From: Eledone cirrhosa
Taxonomy: Eukaryota
DNA length: 64,000 nucleotides
Direction of reading: 5' to 3'
NCBI GenBank assembly: GCA_964016885.1
Contig: OZ024759.1
Coordinates: 6,076,001 to 6,140,000, forward strand
The translations under genes were made by a program, and so were the position numbers. Shown here piece by piece: positions 36,501 through 54,500 of the stretch. Positions within the stretch are counted from its first letter, which is position 1. The number at the start of each line of letters is the position of its first letter. The notes under the pieces were generated by a model. The model saw only the letters and a list, made by a program, of their open reading frames with translations. It searched no databases and was not told where the DNA came from.

Positions 36501-39500
36501 TTTAGTACAAAAGAATACTATGACTACATCACATTAAATATTAAAGTCTTTACTGTAATACTGTAAATATTCACAACAATCTGTCCACCAGTAAAGATAC
36601 TATAAACATTTAGTACAAAAGAATACTGTGACTACATCACATTAAATATTAAAGTCTTTACTGTAATACTGTAAATATTCACAACAATGTGTCCACCAGT
36701 AAAGATACTATAAACATTTAGTACAAAACAACACTATGACTACATCACATTAAATATTAAAGTCTTTACTGTAATACGATAAATTTCCACAACAATCTGT
36801 CTACCAGTAAAGATACTACAAAGATTTAGTACAAAACAACACTATGACTACATCACATTAAATATTAAAGTCTTTACTGTAATACTGTAAATGTTCACAA
36901 CAATCTGTCCACCAGTAAAGATACTATAAACATTTAGTACAAAACAACACTATGACTACATCACATTAAATATTAAAGTCTTTACTGTAATACTGTAAAT
37001 ATTCACAACAATCTGTCCACTAGTAAAGATACTATAAACATTGAGTACAAAACAACACTATGACTACATCACATTAAATATTAAAGTCTTTACTGTAATA
37101 CTGTAAATGTTCACAACAATCTGTCCACCAGTAAAGATACTATCAACATTTAGTACAAAACAACACTATGACTACATCACATTAAATATTAAAGTCTTTA
37201 CTGTAATACTGTAAATATTCACAATAATCTGTCTACTAGTAAAGATACTATAAACATTTAGTACAAAAGAATACTATGACTACATCACATTAAATATTAA
37301 AGTCTTTACTGTAATACTGTAAATATTCACAACAATCTGTCCACCAGTAAAGATACTATAAACATTTAGTACAAAACAACACTGACTACATCACATTAAA
37401 TATTGAAGTCTTTATTGTAATACTGTAAATATTCACAACAATCTGTCCACCAGTAAAGATACTATAAACATTTAGTACAAAACAACACTGACTACATCAC
37501 ATTAAATATTAAAGTCTTTACTGTAATACTGTAAATGTTCACAACAATCTGTCCACCAGTAAAGATACTATAAACATTTAGTACAAAACAACACTATGAC
37601 TACATCACATTAAATATTAAAGTCTTTACTGTAATACTATAAATATTCACAACAATCTGTCTACTCGTAAAGATACTATAAACATTTAGTACAAAACAAT
37701 ACTATGACTACATCACATTACATATTAAAGTCTTTACTGTAATACTGTAAATATTCACAACAATCTGTCCACCAGTAAAGATACTATCAACATTTAGTAC
37801 AAAACAACACTATGACTACATCACATTAAATATTAAAGTCTTTACTGTAATACTATAAATATTCACAACAATCTGTCTACTAGTAAAGATACTATAAACA
37901 TTTAGTACAAAACAACACTATGACTACATCACATTACATATTAAAGTCTTTACTGTAATACTGTAAATATTCACAACAATCTGTCCACCAGTAAAGATAC
38001 TATCAACATTTAGTACAAAACAACACTATGACTACATCACATTAAATATTAAAGTCTTTACTGTAATACTGTAAATGTTCACAACAATCTGTCCACTAGT
38101 AAAGATACTATAAACGTTTAGTACAAAACAACACTATGACTACATCACATTAAATGTTAAAGTCTTTACTGTAATACTGTAAATGTTCACAACAATCTGT
38201 CCACTAGTAAAGATACTATAAACGTTTAGTACAAAACAACACTATGACTATATCACATTAAATATTAACGTCTTTACTGTAATACTGTAAATATTCACAA
38301 CAATCTGTCCACCAGTAAAGATACTATAAACATTTAGTACAAAACAACACTATGACTACATCACAAAGTCTTTACTGTAATACTGTAAATATTCACAATA
38401 ATCTGTCTACCAGTAAAGATACTATAAACATTTAGTACAAAACAACACTATGACTACATCACATTAAATATTAAAGTCTTTACTGTAATACTGTAAATGT
38501 TCACAACAATCTGTCCACTAGTAAAGATACTATACACGTTTAGTACAAAACAACACTATGACTACATCACATTAAATATTAAAGTCTTTACTGTAATACT
38601 GTAAATGTTCACAACAATCTGTCCACTAGTAAAGATACTATAAACGTTTAGTACAAAACAACACTATGACTACATCACATTAAATATTAAAGTCTTTACT
38701 GTAATACTGTAAATATTCACAACAATCTGTCCACCAGTTAAGATACTATAAACATTTAGTACAAAACAACACTATGACTACATCACATTAAATATTAAAG
38801 TATTTACTGTAATACTGTAAATATTCACAACAATCTGTCCACCAGTAAAGATACTATAAACATTTAGTACAAAACAACACTATGACTACATCACATTAAA
38901 TATTACAGTCTTTACTGTAATACTGTAAATATTCACAACAATCTGTCCACCAGTAAAGATACTATAAACATTTAGTACAAAACAACACTATGACTACATC
39001 ACAAAGTCTTTACTGTAATACTGTAAATATTCACAATAATCTGTCTACCAGTAAAGATACTATAAACATTTAGTACAAAACAACACTATGACTACATCAC
39101 ATTAAATATTAAAGTCTTTACTGTAATACTGTAAATGTTCACAACAATCTGTCCACTAGTAAAGATACTATAAACGTTTAGTACAAAACAACACTATGAC
39201 TACATCACATTAAATATTAAAGTCTTTACTGTAATACTGTAAATGTTCACAACAATCTGTCCACTAGTAAAGATACTATAAACGTTTAGTACAAAACAAA
39301 ACTATGACTACATCACATTAAATATTAAAGTCTTTACTGTAATACTGTAAATATTCACAACAATCTGTCCACCAGTAAAGATACTATAAACATTTAGTAC
39401 AAAACAACACTATGACTACATCACATTAAATATTAAAGTCTTTACTGTAATACTGTAAATGTTCACAACAATCTGTCCACCAGTAAAGATACTATAAACA

Positions 39501-42500
39501 TTTAGTACAAAACAACACTATGACTACATCACATTAAATATTAAAGTCTTTACTGTAATACTATAAATATTCAAAACAATCTGTCTACTAGTAAAGATAC
39601 TATAAACTTTTAGTACAAAACAATACTATGACTACATCACATTAAATATTAAAGTCTTTACTGTAATACTGTAAATATTCACAACAATCTGTCCACCAGT
39701 AAAGATACTATCAACATTTAGTACAAAACAACACTATGACTACATCACATTAAATATTAAAGTCTTTACTGTAATACTATAAATATTCACAACAATCTGT
39801 CTACTAGTAAAGATACTATAAACATTTAGTACAAAACAATACTATGACTACATCACATTAAATATTAAAGTCTTTACTGTAATACTGTAAATGTTCACAA
39901 CAATCTGTCCACTAGTAAAGATACTATAAACGTTTAGTACAAAACAACACTATGACTACATCACATTAAATGTTAAAGTCTTTACTGTAATACTGTAAAT
40001 ATTCACAACAATCTGTCCACCAGTAAAGATACTATAAACATTTAGTACAAAACAACACTATGACTACATCACAAAGTCTTTACTGTAATACTGTAAATAT
40101 TCACAATAATCTGTCTACCAGTAAAGATACTATAAACATTTAGTACAAAACAACACTATGACTACATCACATTAAATATTAAAGTCTTTACTGTAATACT
40201 GTAAATGTTCACAACAATCTGTCCACTAGTAAAGATACTATAAACGTTTAGTACAAAACAACACTATGACTACATCACATTAAATATTAAAGTATTTACT
40301 GTAATACTGTAAATATTCACAACAATCTGTCCACCAGTAAAGATACTATAAACATTTAGTACAAAACAACATTATGACTACATCACATTAAATATTACAG
40401 TCTTTACTGTAATACTGTAAATATTCACAACAATCTGTCCACCAGTAAAGATACTATAAACATTTAGTACAAAACACTATGACTACATCACATTAAATAT
40501 TAAAGTCTTTACTGTAATACTGTAAATATTCACAACAATCTGTCCACCAGTAAAGATACTATAAACATTTAGTACAAAAGAATACTATGACTACATCACA
40601 TTAAATATTAAAGTCTTTACTGTAATACTGTAAATGTTCACAACAATTTGTCTACCAGTAAAGATACTATCAACATTTAGTACAAAACAACACTATGACT
40701 ACATCACATTAAATATTAAAGTCTTTACTGTAATACTGTAAATATTCACAACAATCTGTCCACCAGTAAAGATACTATAAATATTTAGTACAAAACAACA
40801 CTATGACTACATCACATTAAATATTAAAGTCTTTACTGTAATACTATAAATATTCACAACAATCTGTCTACTAGTAAAGATACTATAAACATTTAGTACA
40901 AAACAATACTATGACTACATCACATTAAATATTAAAGTCTTTACTGTAATACTGTAAATATTCACAACAATCTGTCCACCAGTAAAGATACTATAAACAT
41001 TTAGTACAAAACAACACTATGACTACATCACAAAGTCTTTACTGTAATACTGTAAATATTCACAATAATCTGTCTACCAGTAAAGATACTATAAACATTT
41101 AGTACAAAACAACACTATGACTACATCACATTAAATATTAAAGTCTTTACTGTAATACTGTAAATGTTCACAACAATCTGTCCACTAGTAAAGATACTAT
41201 AAACGTTTAGTACAAAACAACACTATGACTACATCATATTAAATATTATAGTCTTTACTGTAATACTGTAAATGTTCACAACAATCTGTCCACTAGTAAA
41301 GATACTATAAACGTTTAGTACAAAACAACACTATGACTATATCACATTAAATATTAAAGTCTTTACTGTAATACTGTAAATATTCACAACAATCTGTCCA
41401 CCAGTTAAGATACTATAAACATTTAGTACAAAACAACACTATGACTACATCACATTAAATATTAAAGTATTTACTGTAATACTGTAAATATTCACAACAA
41501 TCTGTCCACCAGTAAAGATACTATAAACATTTAGTACAAAACAACACTTTGACTACATCACATTAAATATTACAGTCTTTACTGTAATACTGTAAATATT
41601 CACAACAATCTGTCCACCAGTAAAGATACTATAAACATTTAGTACAAAACACTATGACTACATCACATTAAATATTAAAGTCTTTACTGTAATACTGTAA
41701 ATATTCACAACAATCTGTCCACCAGTAAAGATACTATAAACATTTAGTACAAAAGAATACTATGACTACATCACATTAAATATTAAAGTCTTTACTGTAA
41801 TACTGTAAATATTCACAACAATCTGTCCACCAGTAAAGATACTATAAACATTTAGTACAAAAGAATACTGTGACTACATCACATTAAATATTAAAGTCTT
41901 TACTGTAATACTGTAAATATTCACAACAATGTGTCCACCAGTAAAGATACTATAAACATTTAGTACAAAACAACACTATGACTACATCACATTAAATATT
42001 AAAGTCTTTACTGTAATACGATAAATTTCCACAACAATCTGTCTACCAGTAAAGATACTACAAAGATTTAGTACAAAACAACACTATGACTACATCACAT
42101 TAAATATTAAAGTCTTTACTGTAATACTGTAAATGTTCACAACAATCTGTCCACCAGTAAAGATACTATAAACATTTAGTACAAAACAACACTATGACTA
42201 CATCACATTAAATATTAAAGTCTTTACTGTAATACTGTAAATATTCACAACAATCTGTCCACTAGTAAAGATACTATAAACATTGAGTACAAAACAACAC
42301 TATGACTACATCACATTAAATATTAAAGTCTTTACTGTAATACTGTAAATATTCACAATAATCTGTCTACTAGTAAAGATACTATAAACATTTAGTACAA
42401 AAGAATACTATGACTACATCACATTAAATATTAAAGTCTTTACTGTAATACTGTAAATATTCACAACAATCTGTCCACCAGTAAAGATACTATAAACATT

Positions 42501-45500
42501 TAGTACAAAACAACACTGACTACATCACATTAAATATTGAAGTCTTTATTGTAATACTGTAAATATTCACAACAATCTGTCCACCAGTAAAGATACTATA
42601 AACATTTAGTACAAAACAACACTGACTACATCACATTAAATATTAAAGTCTTTACTGTAATACTGTAAATGTTCACAACAATCTGTCCACCAGTAAAGAT
42701 ACTATAAACATTTAGTACAAAACAACACTATGACTACATCACATTAAATATTAAAGTCTTTACTGTAATACTATAAATATTCACAACAATCTGTCTACTA
42801 GTAAAGATACTATAAACATTTAGTACAAAACAATACTATGACTACATCACATTACATATTAAAGTCTTTACTGTAATACTGTAAATATTCACAACAATCT
42901 GTCCACCAGTAAAGATACTATCAACATTTAGTACAAAACAACACTATGACTACATCACATTAAATATTAAAGTCTTTACTGTAATACTATAAATATTCAC
43001 AACAATCTGTCTACTAGTAAAGATACTATAAACATTTAGTACAAAACAACACTATGACTACATCACATTACATATTAAAGTCTTTACTGTAATACTGTAA
43101 ATATTCACAACAATCTGTCCACCAGTAAAGATACTATCAACATTTAGTACAAAACAACACTATGACTACATCACATTAAATATTAAAGTCTTTACTGTAA
43201 TACTGTAAATATTCACAACAATCTGTCCACCAGTTAAGATACTATAAACATTTAGTACAAAACAACACTATGACTACATCACATTAAATATTAAAGTATT
43301 TACTGTAATACTGTAAATATTCACAACAATCTGTCCACCAGTAAAGATACTATAAACATTTAGTACAAAACAACACTATGACTACATCACATTAAATATT
43401 ACAGTCTTTACTGTAATACTGTAAATATTCACAACAATCTGTCCACCAGTAAAGATACTATAAACATTTAGTACAAAACAACACTATGACTACATCACAA
43501 AGTCTTTACTGTAATACTGTAAATATTCACAATAATCTGTCTACCAGTAAAGATACTATAAACATTTAGTACAAAACAACACTATGACTACATCACATTA
43601 AATATTAAAGTCTTTACTGTAATACTGTAAATGTTCACAACAATCTGTCCACTAGTAAAGATACTATAAACGTTTAGTACAAAACAACACTATGACTACA
43701 TCACATTAAATATTAAAGTCTTTACTGTAATACTGTAAATGTTCACAACAATCTGTCCACTAGTAAAGATACTATAAACGTTTAGTACAAAACAACACTA
43801 TGACTATATCACATTAAATATTAAAGTCTTTACTGTAATACTGTAAATATTCACAACAATCTGTCCACCAGTAAAGATACTATAAACATTTAGTACAAAA
43901 CAACACTATGACTACATCACATTAAATATTAAAGTCTTTACTGTAATACTGTAAATGTTCACAACAATCTGTCCACTAGTAAAGATACTATAAACGTTTA
44001 GTACAAAACAAAACTATGACTACATCACATTAAATATTAAAGTCTTTACTGTAATACTGTAAATATTCACAACAATCTGTCCACCAGTTAAGATACTATA
44101 AACATTTAGTACAAAACAACACTATGACTACATCACATTAAATATTAAAGTATTTACTGTAATACTGTAAATATTCACAACAATCTGTCCACCAGTAAAG
44201 ATACTATAAACATTTAGTACAAAACAACACTTTGACTACATCACATTAAATATTACAGTCTTTACTGTAATACTGTAAATATTCACAACAATCTGTCCAC
44301 CAGTAAAGATACTATAAACATTTAGTACAAAACACTATGACTACATCACATTAAATATTAAAGTCTTTACTGTAATACTGTAAATATTCACAACAATCTG
44401 TCCACCAGTAAAGATACTATAAACATTTAGTACAAAAGAATACTATGACTACATCACATTAAATATTAAAGTCTTTACTGTAATACTGTAAATGTTCACA
44501 ACAATTTGTCTACCAGTAAAGATACTATCAACATTTAGTACAAAACAACACTATGACTACATCACATTAAATATTAAAGTCTTTACTGTAATACTATAAA
44601 TATTCACAACAATCTGTCTACTAGTAAAGATACTATAAACATTTAGTACAAAACAATACTATGACTACATCACATTAAATATTAAAGTCTTTACTTTAAT
44701 ACTGTAAATATTCACAACAATCTGTCCACCAGTAAAGATACTATCAACATTTAGTACAAAACAACACTATGACTACATCACATTAAATATTAAAGTCTTT
44801 ACTGTAATACTATAAATATTCACAACAATCTGTCTACTAGTAAAGATACTATAAACATTTAGTACAAAACAACACTATGACTACATCACATTACATATTA
44901 AAGTCTTTACTGTAATACTGTAAATATTCACAACAATCTGTCCACCAGTAAAGATACTATCAACATTTAGTACAAAACAACACTATGACTACATCACATT
45001 AAATATTAAAGTCTTTACTGTAATACTGTAAATATTCACAACAATCTGTCCACCAGTTAAGATACTATAAACATTTAGTACAAAACAACACTATGACTAC
45101 ATCACATTAAATATTAAAGTATTTACTGTAATACTGTAAATATTCACAACAATCTGTCCACCAGTAAAGATACTATAAACATTTAGTACAAAACAACACT
45201 ATGACTACATCACATTAAATATTACAGTCTTTACTGTAATACTGTAAATATTCACAACAATCTGTCCACCAGTAAAGATACTATAAACATTTAGTACAAA
45301 ACAACACTATGACTACATCACAAAGTCTTTACTGTAATACTGTAAATATTCAAAATAATCTGTCTACCAGTAAAGATACTATAAACATTTAGTACAAAAC
45401 AACACTATGACTACATCACATTAAATATTAAAGTCTTTACTGTAATACTGTAAATGTTCACAACAATCTGTCCACTAGTAAAGATACTATAAACGTTTAG

Positions 45501-48500
45501 TACAAAACAACACTATGACTACATCACATTAAATATTAAAGTCTTTACTGTAATACTGTAAATGTTCACAACAATCTGTCCACTAGTAAAGATACTATAA
45601 ACGTTTTGTACAAAACAACACTATGACTATATCACATTAAATATTAAAGTCTTTACTGTAATACTGTAAATATTCACAACAATCTGTCCACCAGTAAAGA
45701 TACTATAAACATTTAGTACAAAACAACACTATGACTACATCACATTAAATATTAAAGTCTTTACTGTAATACTGTAAATGTTCACAACAATCTGTCCACT
45801 AGTAAAGATACTATAAACGTTTAGTACAAAACAAAACTATGACTACATCACATTAAATATTAAAGTCTTTACTGTAATACTGTAAATATTCACAACAATC
45901 TGTCCACCAGTTAAGATACTATAAACATTTAGTACAAAACAACACTATGACTACATCACATTAAATATTAAAGTATTTACTGTAATACTGTAAATATTCA
46001 CAACAATCTGTCCACCAGTAAAGATACTATAAACATTTAGTACAAAACAACACTTTGACTACATCACATTAAATATTACAGTCTTTACTGTAATACTGTA
46101 AATATTCACAACAATCTGTCCACCAGTAAAGATACTATAAACATTTAGTACAAAACACTATGACTACATCACATTAAATATTAAAGTCTTTACTGTAATA
46201 CTGTAAATATTCACAACAATCTGTCCACCAGTAAAGATACTATAAACATTTAGTACAAAAGAATACTATGACTACATCACATTAAATATTAAAGTCTTTA
46301 CTGTAATACTGTAAATGTTCACAACAATTTGTCTACCAGTAAAGATACTATCAACATTTAGTACAAAACAACACTATGACTACATCACATTAAATATTAA
46401 AGTCTTTACTGTAATACTATAAATATTCACAACAATCTGTCTACTAGTAAAGATACTATAAACATTTAGTACAAAACAATACTATGACTACATCACATTA
46501 AATATTAAAGTCTTTACTGTAATACTGTAAATATTCACAACAATCTGTCCACCAGTAAAGATACTATAAACATTTAGTACAAAACAACACTATGACTACA
46601 TCACAAAGTCTTTACTGTAATACTGTAAATATTCACAACAATCTGTCCACTAGTAAAGATACTATAAACATTTAGTACAAAACAACACTATGACTACATC
46701 ACATTAAATATTAAAGTCTTTACTGTAATACTGTAAATGTTCACAACAATCTGTCCACTAGTAAAGATACTATAAACGTTTAGTACAAAACAACACTATG
46801 ACTACATCACATTAAATATTAAAGTCTTTACTGTAATACTGTAAATATTCACAACAATCTGTCCACCAGTAAAGATACTATAAACATTTAGTACAAAACA
46901 ACACTATGACTACATCACAAAGTCTTTACTGTAATACTGTAAATATTCACAATAATCTGTCTACCAGTAAAGATACTATAAACATTTAGTACAAAACAAC
47001 ACTATGACTACATCACATTAAATATTAAAGTCTTTACTGTAATACTGTAAATGTTCACAACAATCTGTCCACTAGTAAAGATACTATAAACGTTTAGTAC
47101 AAAACAACACTATGACTACATCACATTAAATATTAAAGTCTTTACTGTAATACTGTAAATGTTCACAACAATCTGTCCACTAGTAAAGATACTATAAACG
47201 TTTAGTACAAAACAACACTATGACTATATCACATTAAATATTAAAGTCTTTACTGTAATACTGTAAATATTCACAACAATCTGTCCACCAGTGAAGATGC
47301 TATAAACATTTAGTACAAAACAACACTATGACTACATCACATTAAATATGTAAGTATTTACTGTAATACTGTAAATATTCACAACAATCTGTCCACCAGT
47401 AAAGATACTATAAACATTTAGTACAAAACAACACTTTGACTACATCACATTAAATATTAAAGTCTTTACTGTAATACTGTAAATGTTCACAACAATTTGT
47501 CTACCAGTAAAGATACTATCAACATTTAGTACAAAACAACACTATGACTACATCACATTAAATATTAAAGTCTTTACTGTAATACTATAAATATTCACAA
47601 CAATCTGTCTACTAGTAAAGATACTATAAACATTTAGTACAAAACAATACTATGACTACATCACATTACATATTAAAGTCTTTACTGTAATACTGTAAAT
47701 ATTCACAACAATCTGTCCACCAGTAAAGATACTATCAACATTTAGTACAAAACAACACTATGACTACATCACATTAAATATTAAAGTCTTTACTGTAATA
47801 CTGTAAATATTCACAACAATCTGTCCACCAGTTAAGATACTATAAACATTTAGTACAAAACAACACTATGACTACATCACATTAAATATTAAAGTATTTA
47901 CTGTAATACTGTAAATATTCACAACAATCTGTCCACCAGTAAAGATACTATAAACATTTAGTACAAAACAACACTATGACTACATCACATTAAATATTAC
48001 AGTCTTTACTGTAATACTGTAAATATTCACAACAATCTGTCCACCAGTAAAGATACTATAAACATTTAGTACAAAACAACACTATGACTACATCACAAAG
48101 TCTTTACTGTAATACTGTAAATATTCACAATAATCTGTCTACCAGTAAAGATACTATAAACATTTAGTACAAAACAACACTATGACTACATCACATTAAA
48201 TATTAAAGTCTTTACTGTAATACTGTAAATATTCACAACAATCTGTCCACCAGTAAAGATACTATAAACATTTAGTACAAAACAACACTATGACTACATC
48301 ACAAAGTCTTTACTGTAATACTGTAAATATTCACAATAATCTGTCTACCAGTAAAGATACTATAAACATTTAGTATAAAACAACACTATGACTACATCAC
48401 ATTAAATATTAAAGTCTTTACTGTAATACTGTAAATGTTCACAACAATCTGTCCACTAGTAAAGATACTATAAACGTTTAGTACAAAACAACACTATGAC

Positions 48501-51500
48501 TACATCACATTAAATATTAAAGTCTTTACTGTAATACTGTAAATATTCACAACAATCTGTCCACCAGTAAAGATACTATAAACATTTAGTACAAAACAAC
48601 ACTATGACTACATCACAAAGTCTTTACTGTAAAACTGTAAATATTCACAATAATCTGTCTACCAGTAAAGATACTATAAACATTTAGTACAAAACAACAC
48701 TATGACTACATCACATTAAATATTAAAGTCTTTACTGTAATACTGTAAATGTTCACAACAATCTGTCCACTAGTAAAGATACTATAAACGTTTAGTACAA
48801 AACAACACTATGACTACATCACATTAAATATTAAAGTCTTTACTGTAATACTGTAAATGTTCACAACAATCTGTCCACTAGTAAAGATACTATAAACGTT
48901 TAGTACAAAACAACACTATGACTATATCACATTAAATATTAAAGTCTTTACTGTAATACTGTAAATATTCACAACAATCTGTCCACCAGTAAAGATGCTA
49001 TAAACATTTAGTACAAAACAACACTATGACTACATCACATTAAATATTAAAGTCTTTACTGTAATACTGTAAATATTCACAACAATCTGTCCACCAGTAA
49101 AGATACTATAAACATTTAGTACAAAACAACACTTTGACTACATCACATTAAATATTACAGTCTTGACTGTAATACTGTAAATATTCACAACAATCTGTCC
49201 ACCAGTAAAGATACTATAAACATTTAGTACAAAACACTATGACTACATCACATTAAATATTAAAGTCTTTACTGTAATACTGTAAATATTCACAACAATC
49301 TGTCCACCAGTAAAGATACTATAAACATTTAGTACAAAAGAATACTATGACTACATCACATTAAATATTAAAGTCTTTACTGTAATACTGTAAATATTCA
49401 CAACAATCTGTCCACCAGTAAAGATACTATAAACATTTAGTACAAAAGAATACTGTGACTACATCACATTAAATATTAAAGTCTTTACTGTAATACTGTA
49501 AATATTCACAACAATGTGTCCACCAGTAAAGATACTATAAACATTTAGTACAAAACAACACTATGACTACATCACATTAAATATTAAAGTCTTTACTGTA
49601 ATACGATAAATTTCCACAACAATCTGTCTACCAGTAAAGATACTACAAAGATTTAGTACAAAACAACACTATGACTACATCACATTAAATATTAAAGTCT
49701 TTACTGTAATACTGTAAATGTTCACAACAATCTGTCCACCAGTAAAGATACTATAAACATTTAGTACAAAACAACACTATGACTACATCACATTAAATAT
49801 TAAAGTCTTTACTGTAATACTGTAAATATTCACAACAATCTGTCCACTAGTAAAGATACTATAAACATTGAGTACAAAACAACACTATGACTACATCACA
49901 TTAAATATTAAAGTCTTTACTGTAATACTGTAAATATTCACAATAATCTGTCTACTAGTAAAGATACTATAAACATTTAGTACAAAAGAATACTATGACT
50001 ACATCACATTAAATATTAAAGTCTTTACTGTAATACTGTAAATATTCACAACAATCTGTCCACCAGTAAAGATACTATAAACATTTAGTACAAAACAACA
50101 CTGACTACATCACATTAAATATTGAAGTCTTTATTGTAATACTGTAAATATTCACAACAATCTGTCCACCAGTAAAGATACTATAAACATTTAGTACAAA
50201 ACAACACTGACTACATCACATTAAATATTAAAGTCTTTACTGTAATACTGTAAATGTTCACAACAATCTGTCCACCAGTAAAGATACTATAAACATTTAG
50301 TACAAAACAACACTATGACTACATCACATTAAATATTAAAGTCTTTACTGTAATACTATAAATATTCACAACAATCTGTCTACTAGTAAAGATACTATAA
50401 ACATTTAGTACAAAACAATACTATGACTACATCACATTACATATTAAAGTCTTTACTGTAATACTGTAAATATTCACAACAATCTGTCCACCAGTAAAGA
50501 TACTATCAACATTTAGTACAAAACAACACTATGACTACATCACATTAAATATTAAAGTCTTTACTGTAATACTATAAATATTCACAACAATCTGTCTACT
50601 AGTAAAGATACTATAAACATTTAGTACAAAACAACACTATGACTACATCACATTACATATTAAAGTCTTTACTGTAATACTGTAAATATTCACAACAATC
50701 TGTCCACCAGTAAAGATACTATCAACATTTAGTACAAAACAACACTATGACTACATCACATTAAATATTAAAGTCTTTACTGTAATACTGTAAATATTCA
50801 CAACAATCTGTCCACCAGTTAAGATACTATAAACATTTAGTACAAAACAACACTATGACTACATCACATTAAATATTAAAGTATTTACTGTAATACTGTA
50901 AATATTCACAACAATCTGTCCACCAGTAAAGATACTATAAACATTTAGTACAAAACAACACTATGACTACATCACATTAAATATTACAGTCTTTACTGTA
51001 ATACTGTAAATATTCACAACAATCTGTCCACCAGTAAAGATACTATAAACATTTAGTACAAAACAACACTATGACTACATCACAAAGTCTTTACTGTAAT
51101 ACTGTAAATATTCACAATAATCTGTCTACCAGTAAAGATACTATAAACATTTAGTACAAAACAACACTATGACTACATCACATTAAATATTAAAGTCTTT
51201 ACTGTAATACTGTAAATGTTCACAACAATCTGTCCACTAGTAAAGATACTATAAACGTTTAGTACAAAACAACACTATGACTACATCACATTAAATATTA
51301 AAGTCTTTACTGTAATACTGTAAATGTTCACAACAATCTGTCCACTAGTAAAGATACTATAAACGTTTAGTACAAAACAACACTATGACTATATCACATT
51401 AAATATTAAAGTCTTTACTGTAATACTGTAAATATTCACAACAATCTGTCCACCAGTAAAGATACTATAAACATTTAGTACAAAACAACACTATGACTAC

Positions 51501-54500
51501 ATCACATTAAATATTAAAGTCTTTACTGTAATACTGTAAATGTTCACAACAATCTGTCCACTAGTAAAGATACTATAAACGTTTAGTACAAAACAAAACT
51601 ATGACTACATCACATTAAATATTAAAGTCTTTACTGTAATACTGTAAATATTCACAACAATCTGTCCACCAGTTAAGATACTATAAACATTTAGTACAAA
51701 ACAACACTATGACTACATCACATTAAATATTAAAGTATTTACTGTAATACTGTAAATATTCACAACAATCTGTCCACCAGTAAAGATACTATAAACATTT
51801 AGTACAAAACAACACTTTGACTACATCACATTAAATATTACAGTCTTTACTGTAATACTGTAAATATTCACAACAATCTGTCCACCAGTAAAGATACTAT
51901 AAACATTTAGTACAAAACACTATGACTACATCACATTAAATATTAAAGTCTTTACTGTAATACTGTAAATATTCACAACAATCTGTCCACCAGTAAAGAT
52001 ACTATAAACATTTAGTACAAAAGAATACTATGACTACATCACATTAAATATTAAAGTCTTTACTGTAATACTGTAAATGTTCACAACAATTTGTCTACCA
52101 GTAAAGATACTATCAACATTTAGTACAAAACAACACTATGACTACATCACATTAAATATTAAAGTCTTTACTGTAATACTATAAATATTCACAACAATCT
52201 GTCTACTAGTAAAGATACTATAAACATTTAGTACAAAACAATACTATGACTACATCACATTAAATATTAAAGTCTTTACTGTAATACTGTAAATATTCAC
52301 AACAATCTGTCCACCAGTAAAGATACTATCAACATTTAGTACAAAACAACACTATGACTACATCACATTAAATATTAAAGTCTTTACTGTAATACTATAA
52401 ATATTCACAACAATCTGTCTACTAGTAAAGATACTATAAACATTTAGTACAAAACAACACTATGACTACATCACATTACATATTAAAGTCTTTACTGTAA
52501 TACTGTAAATATTCACAACAATCTGTCCACCAGTAAAGATACTATCAACATTTAGTACAAAACAACACTATGACTACATCACATTAAATATTAAAGTCTT
52601 TACTGTAATACTGTAAATATTCACAACAATCTGTCCACCAGTTAAGATACTATAAACATTTAGTACAAAACAACACTATGACTACATCACATTAAATATT
52701 AAAGTATTTACTGTAATACTGTAAATATTCACAACAATCTGTCCACCAGTAAAGATACTATAAACATTTAGTACAAAACAACACTATGACTACATCACAT
52801 TAAATATTACAGTCTTTACTGTAATACTGTAAATATTCACAACAATCTGTCCACCAGTAAAGATACTATAAACATTTAGTACAAAACAACACTATGACTA
52901 CATCACAAAGTCTTTACTGTAATACTGTAAATATTCAAAATAATCTGTCTACCAGTAAAGATACTATAAACATTTAGTACAAAACAACACTATGACTACA
53001 TCACATTAAATATTAAAGTCTTTACTGTAATACTGTAAATGTTCACAACAATCTGTCCACTAGTAAAGATACTATAAACGTTTAGTACAAAACAACACTA
53101 TGACTACATCACATTAAATATTAAAGTCTTTACTGTAATACTGTAAATGTTCACAACAATCTGTCCACTAGTAAAGATACTATAAACGTTTAGTACAAAA
53201 CAACACTATGACTATATCACATTAAATATTAAAGTCTTTACTGTAATACTGTAAATATTCACAACAATCTGTCCACCAGTAAAGATACTATAAACATTTA
53301 GTACAAAACAACACTATGACTACATCACATTAAATATTAAAGTCTTTACTGTAATACTGTAAATGTTCACAACAATCTGTCCACTAGTAAAGATACTATA
53401 AACGTTTAGTACAAAACAAAACTATGACTACATCACATTAAATATTAAAGTCTTTACTGTAATACTGTAAATATTCACAACAATCTGTCCACCAGTTAAG
53501 ATACTATAAACATTTAGTACAAAACAACACTATGACTACATCACATTAAATATTAAAGTATTTACTGTAATACTGTAAATATTCACAACAATCTGTCCAC
53601 CAGTAAAGATACTATAAACATTTAGTACAAAACAACACTTTGACTACATCACATTAAATATTACAGTCTTTACTGTAATACTGTAAATATTCACAACAAT
53701 CTGTCCACCAGTAAAGATACTATAAACATTTAGTACAAAACACTATGACTACATCACATTAAATATTAAAGTCTTTACTGTAATACTGTAAATATTCACA
53801 ACAATCTGTCCACCAGTAAAGATACTATAAACATTTAGTACAAAAGAATACTATGACTACATCACATTAAATATTAAAGTCTTTACTGTAATACTGTAAA
53901 TGTTCACAACAATTTGTCTACCAGTAAAGATACTATCAACATTTAGTACAAAACAACACTATGACTACATCACATTAAATATTAAAGTCTTTACTGTAAT
54001 ACTATAAATATTCACAACAATCTGTCTACTAGTAAAGATACTATAAACATTTAGTACAAAACAATACTATGACTACATCACATTAAATATTAAAGTCTTT
54101 ACTGTAATACTGTAAATATTCACAACAATCTGTCCACCAGTAAAGATACTATAAACATTTAGTACAAAACAACACTATGACTACATCACAAAGTCTTTAC
54201 TGTAATACTGTAAATATTCACAATAATCTGTCTACCAGTAAAGATACTATAAACATTTAGTACAAAACAACACTATGACTACATCACATTAAATATTAAA
54301 GTCTTTACTGTAATACTGTAAATGTTCACAACAATCTGTCCACTAGTAAAGATACTATAAACGTTTAGTACAAAACAACACTATGACTACATCACATTAA
54401 ATATTAAAGTCTTTACTGTAATACTGTAAATATTCACAACAATCTGTCCACCAGTAAAGATACTATAAACATTTAGTACAAAACAACACTATGACTACAT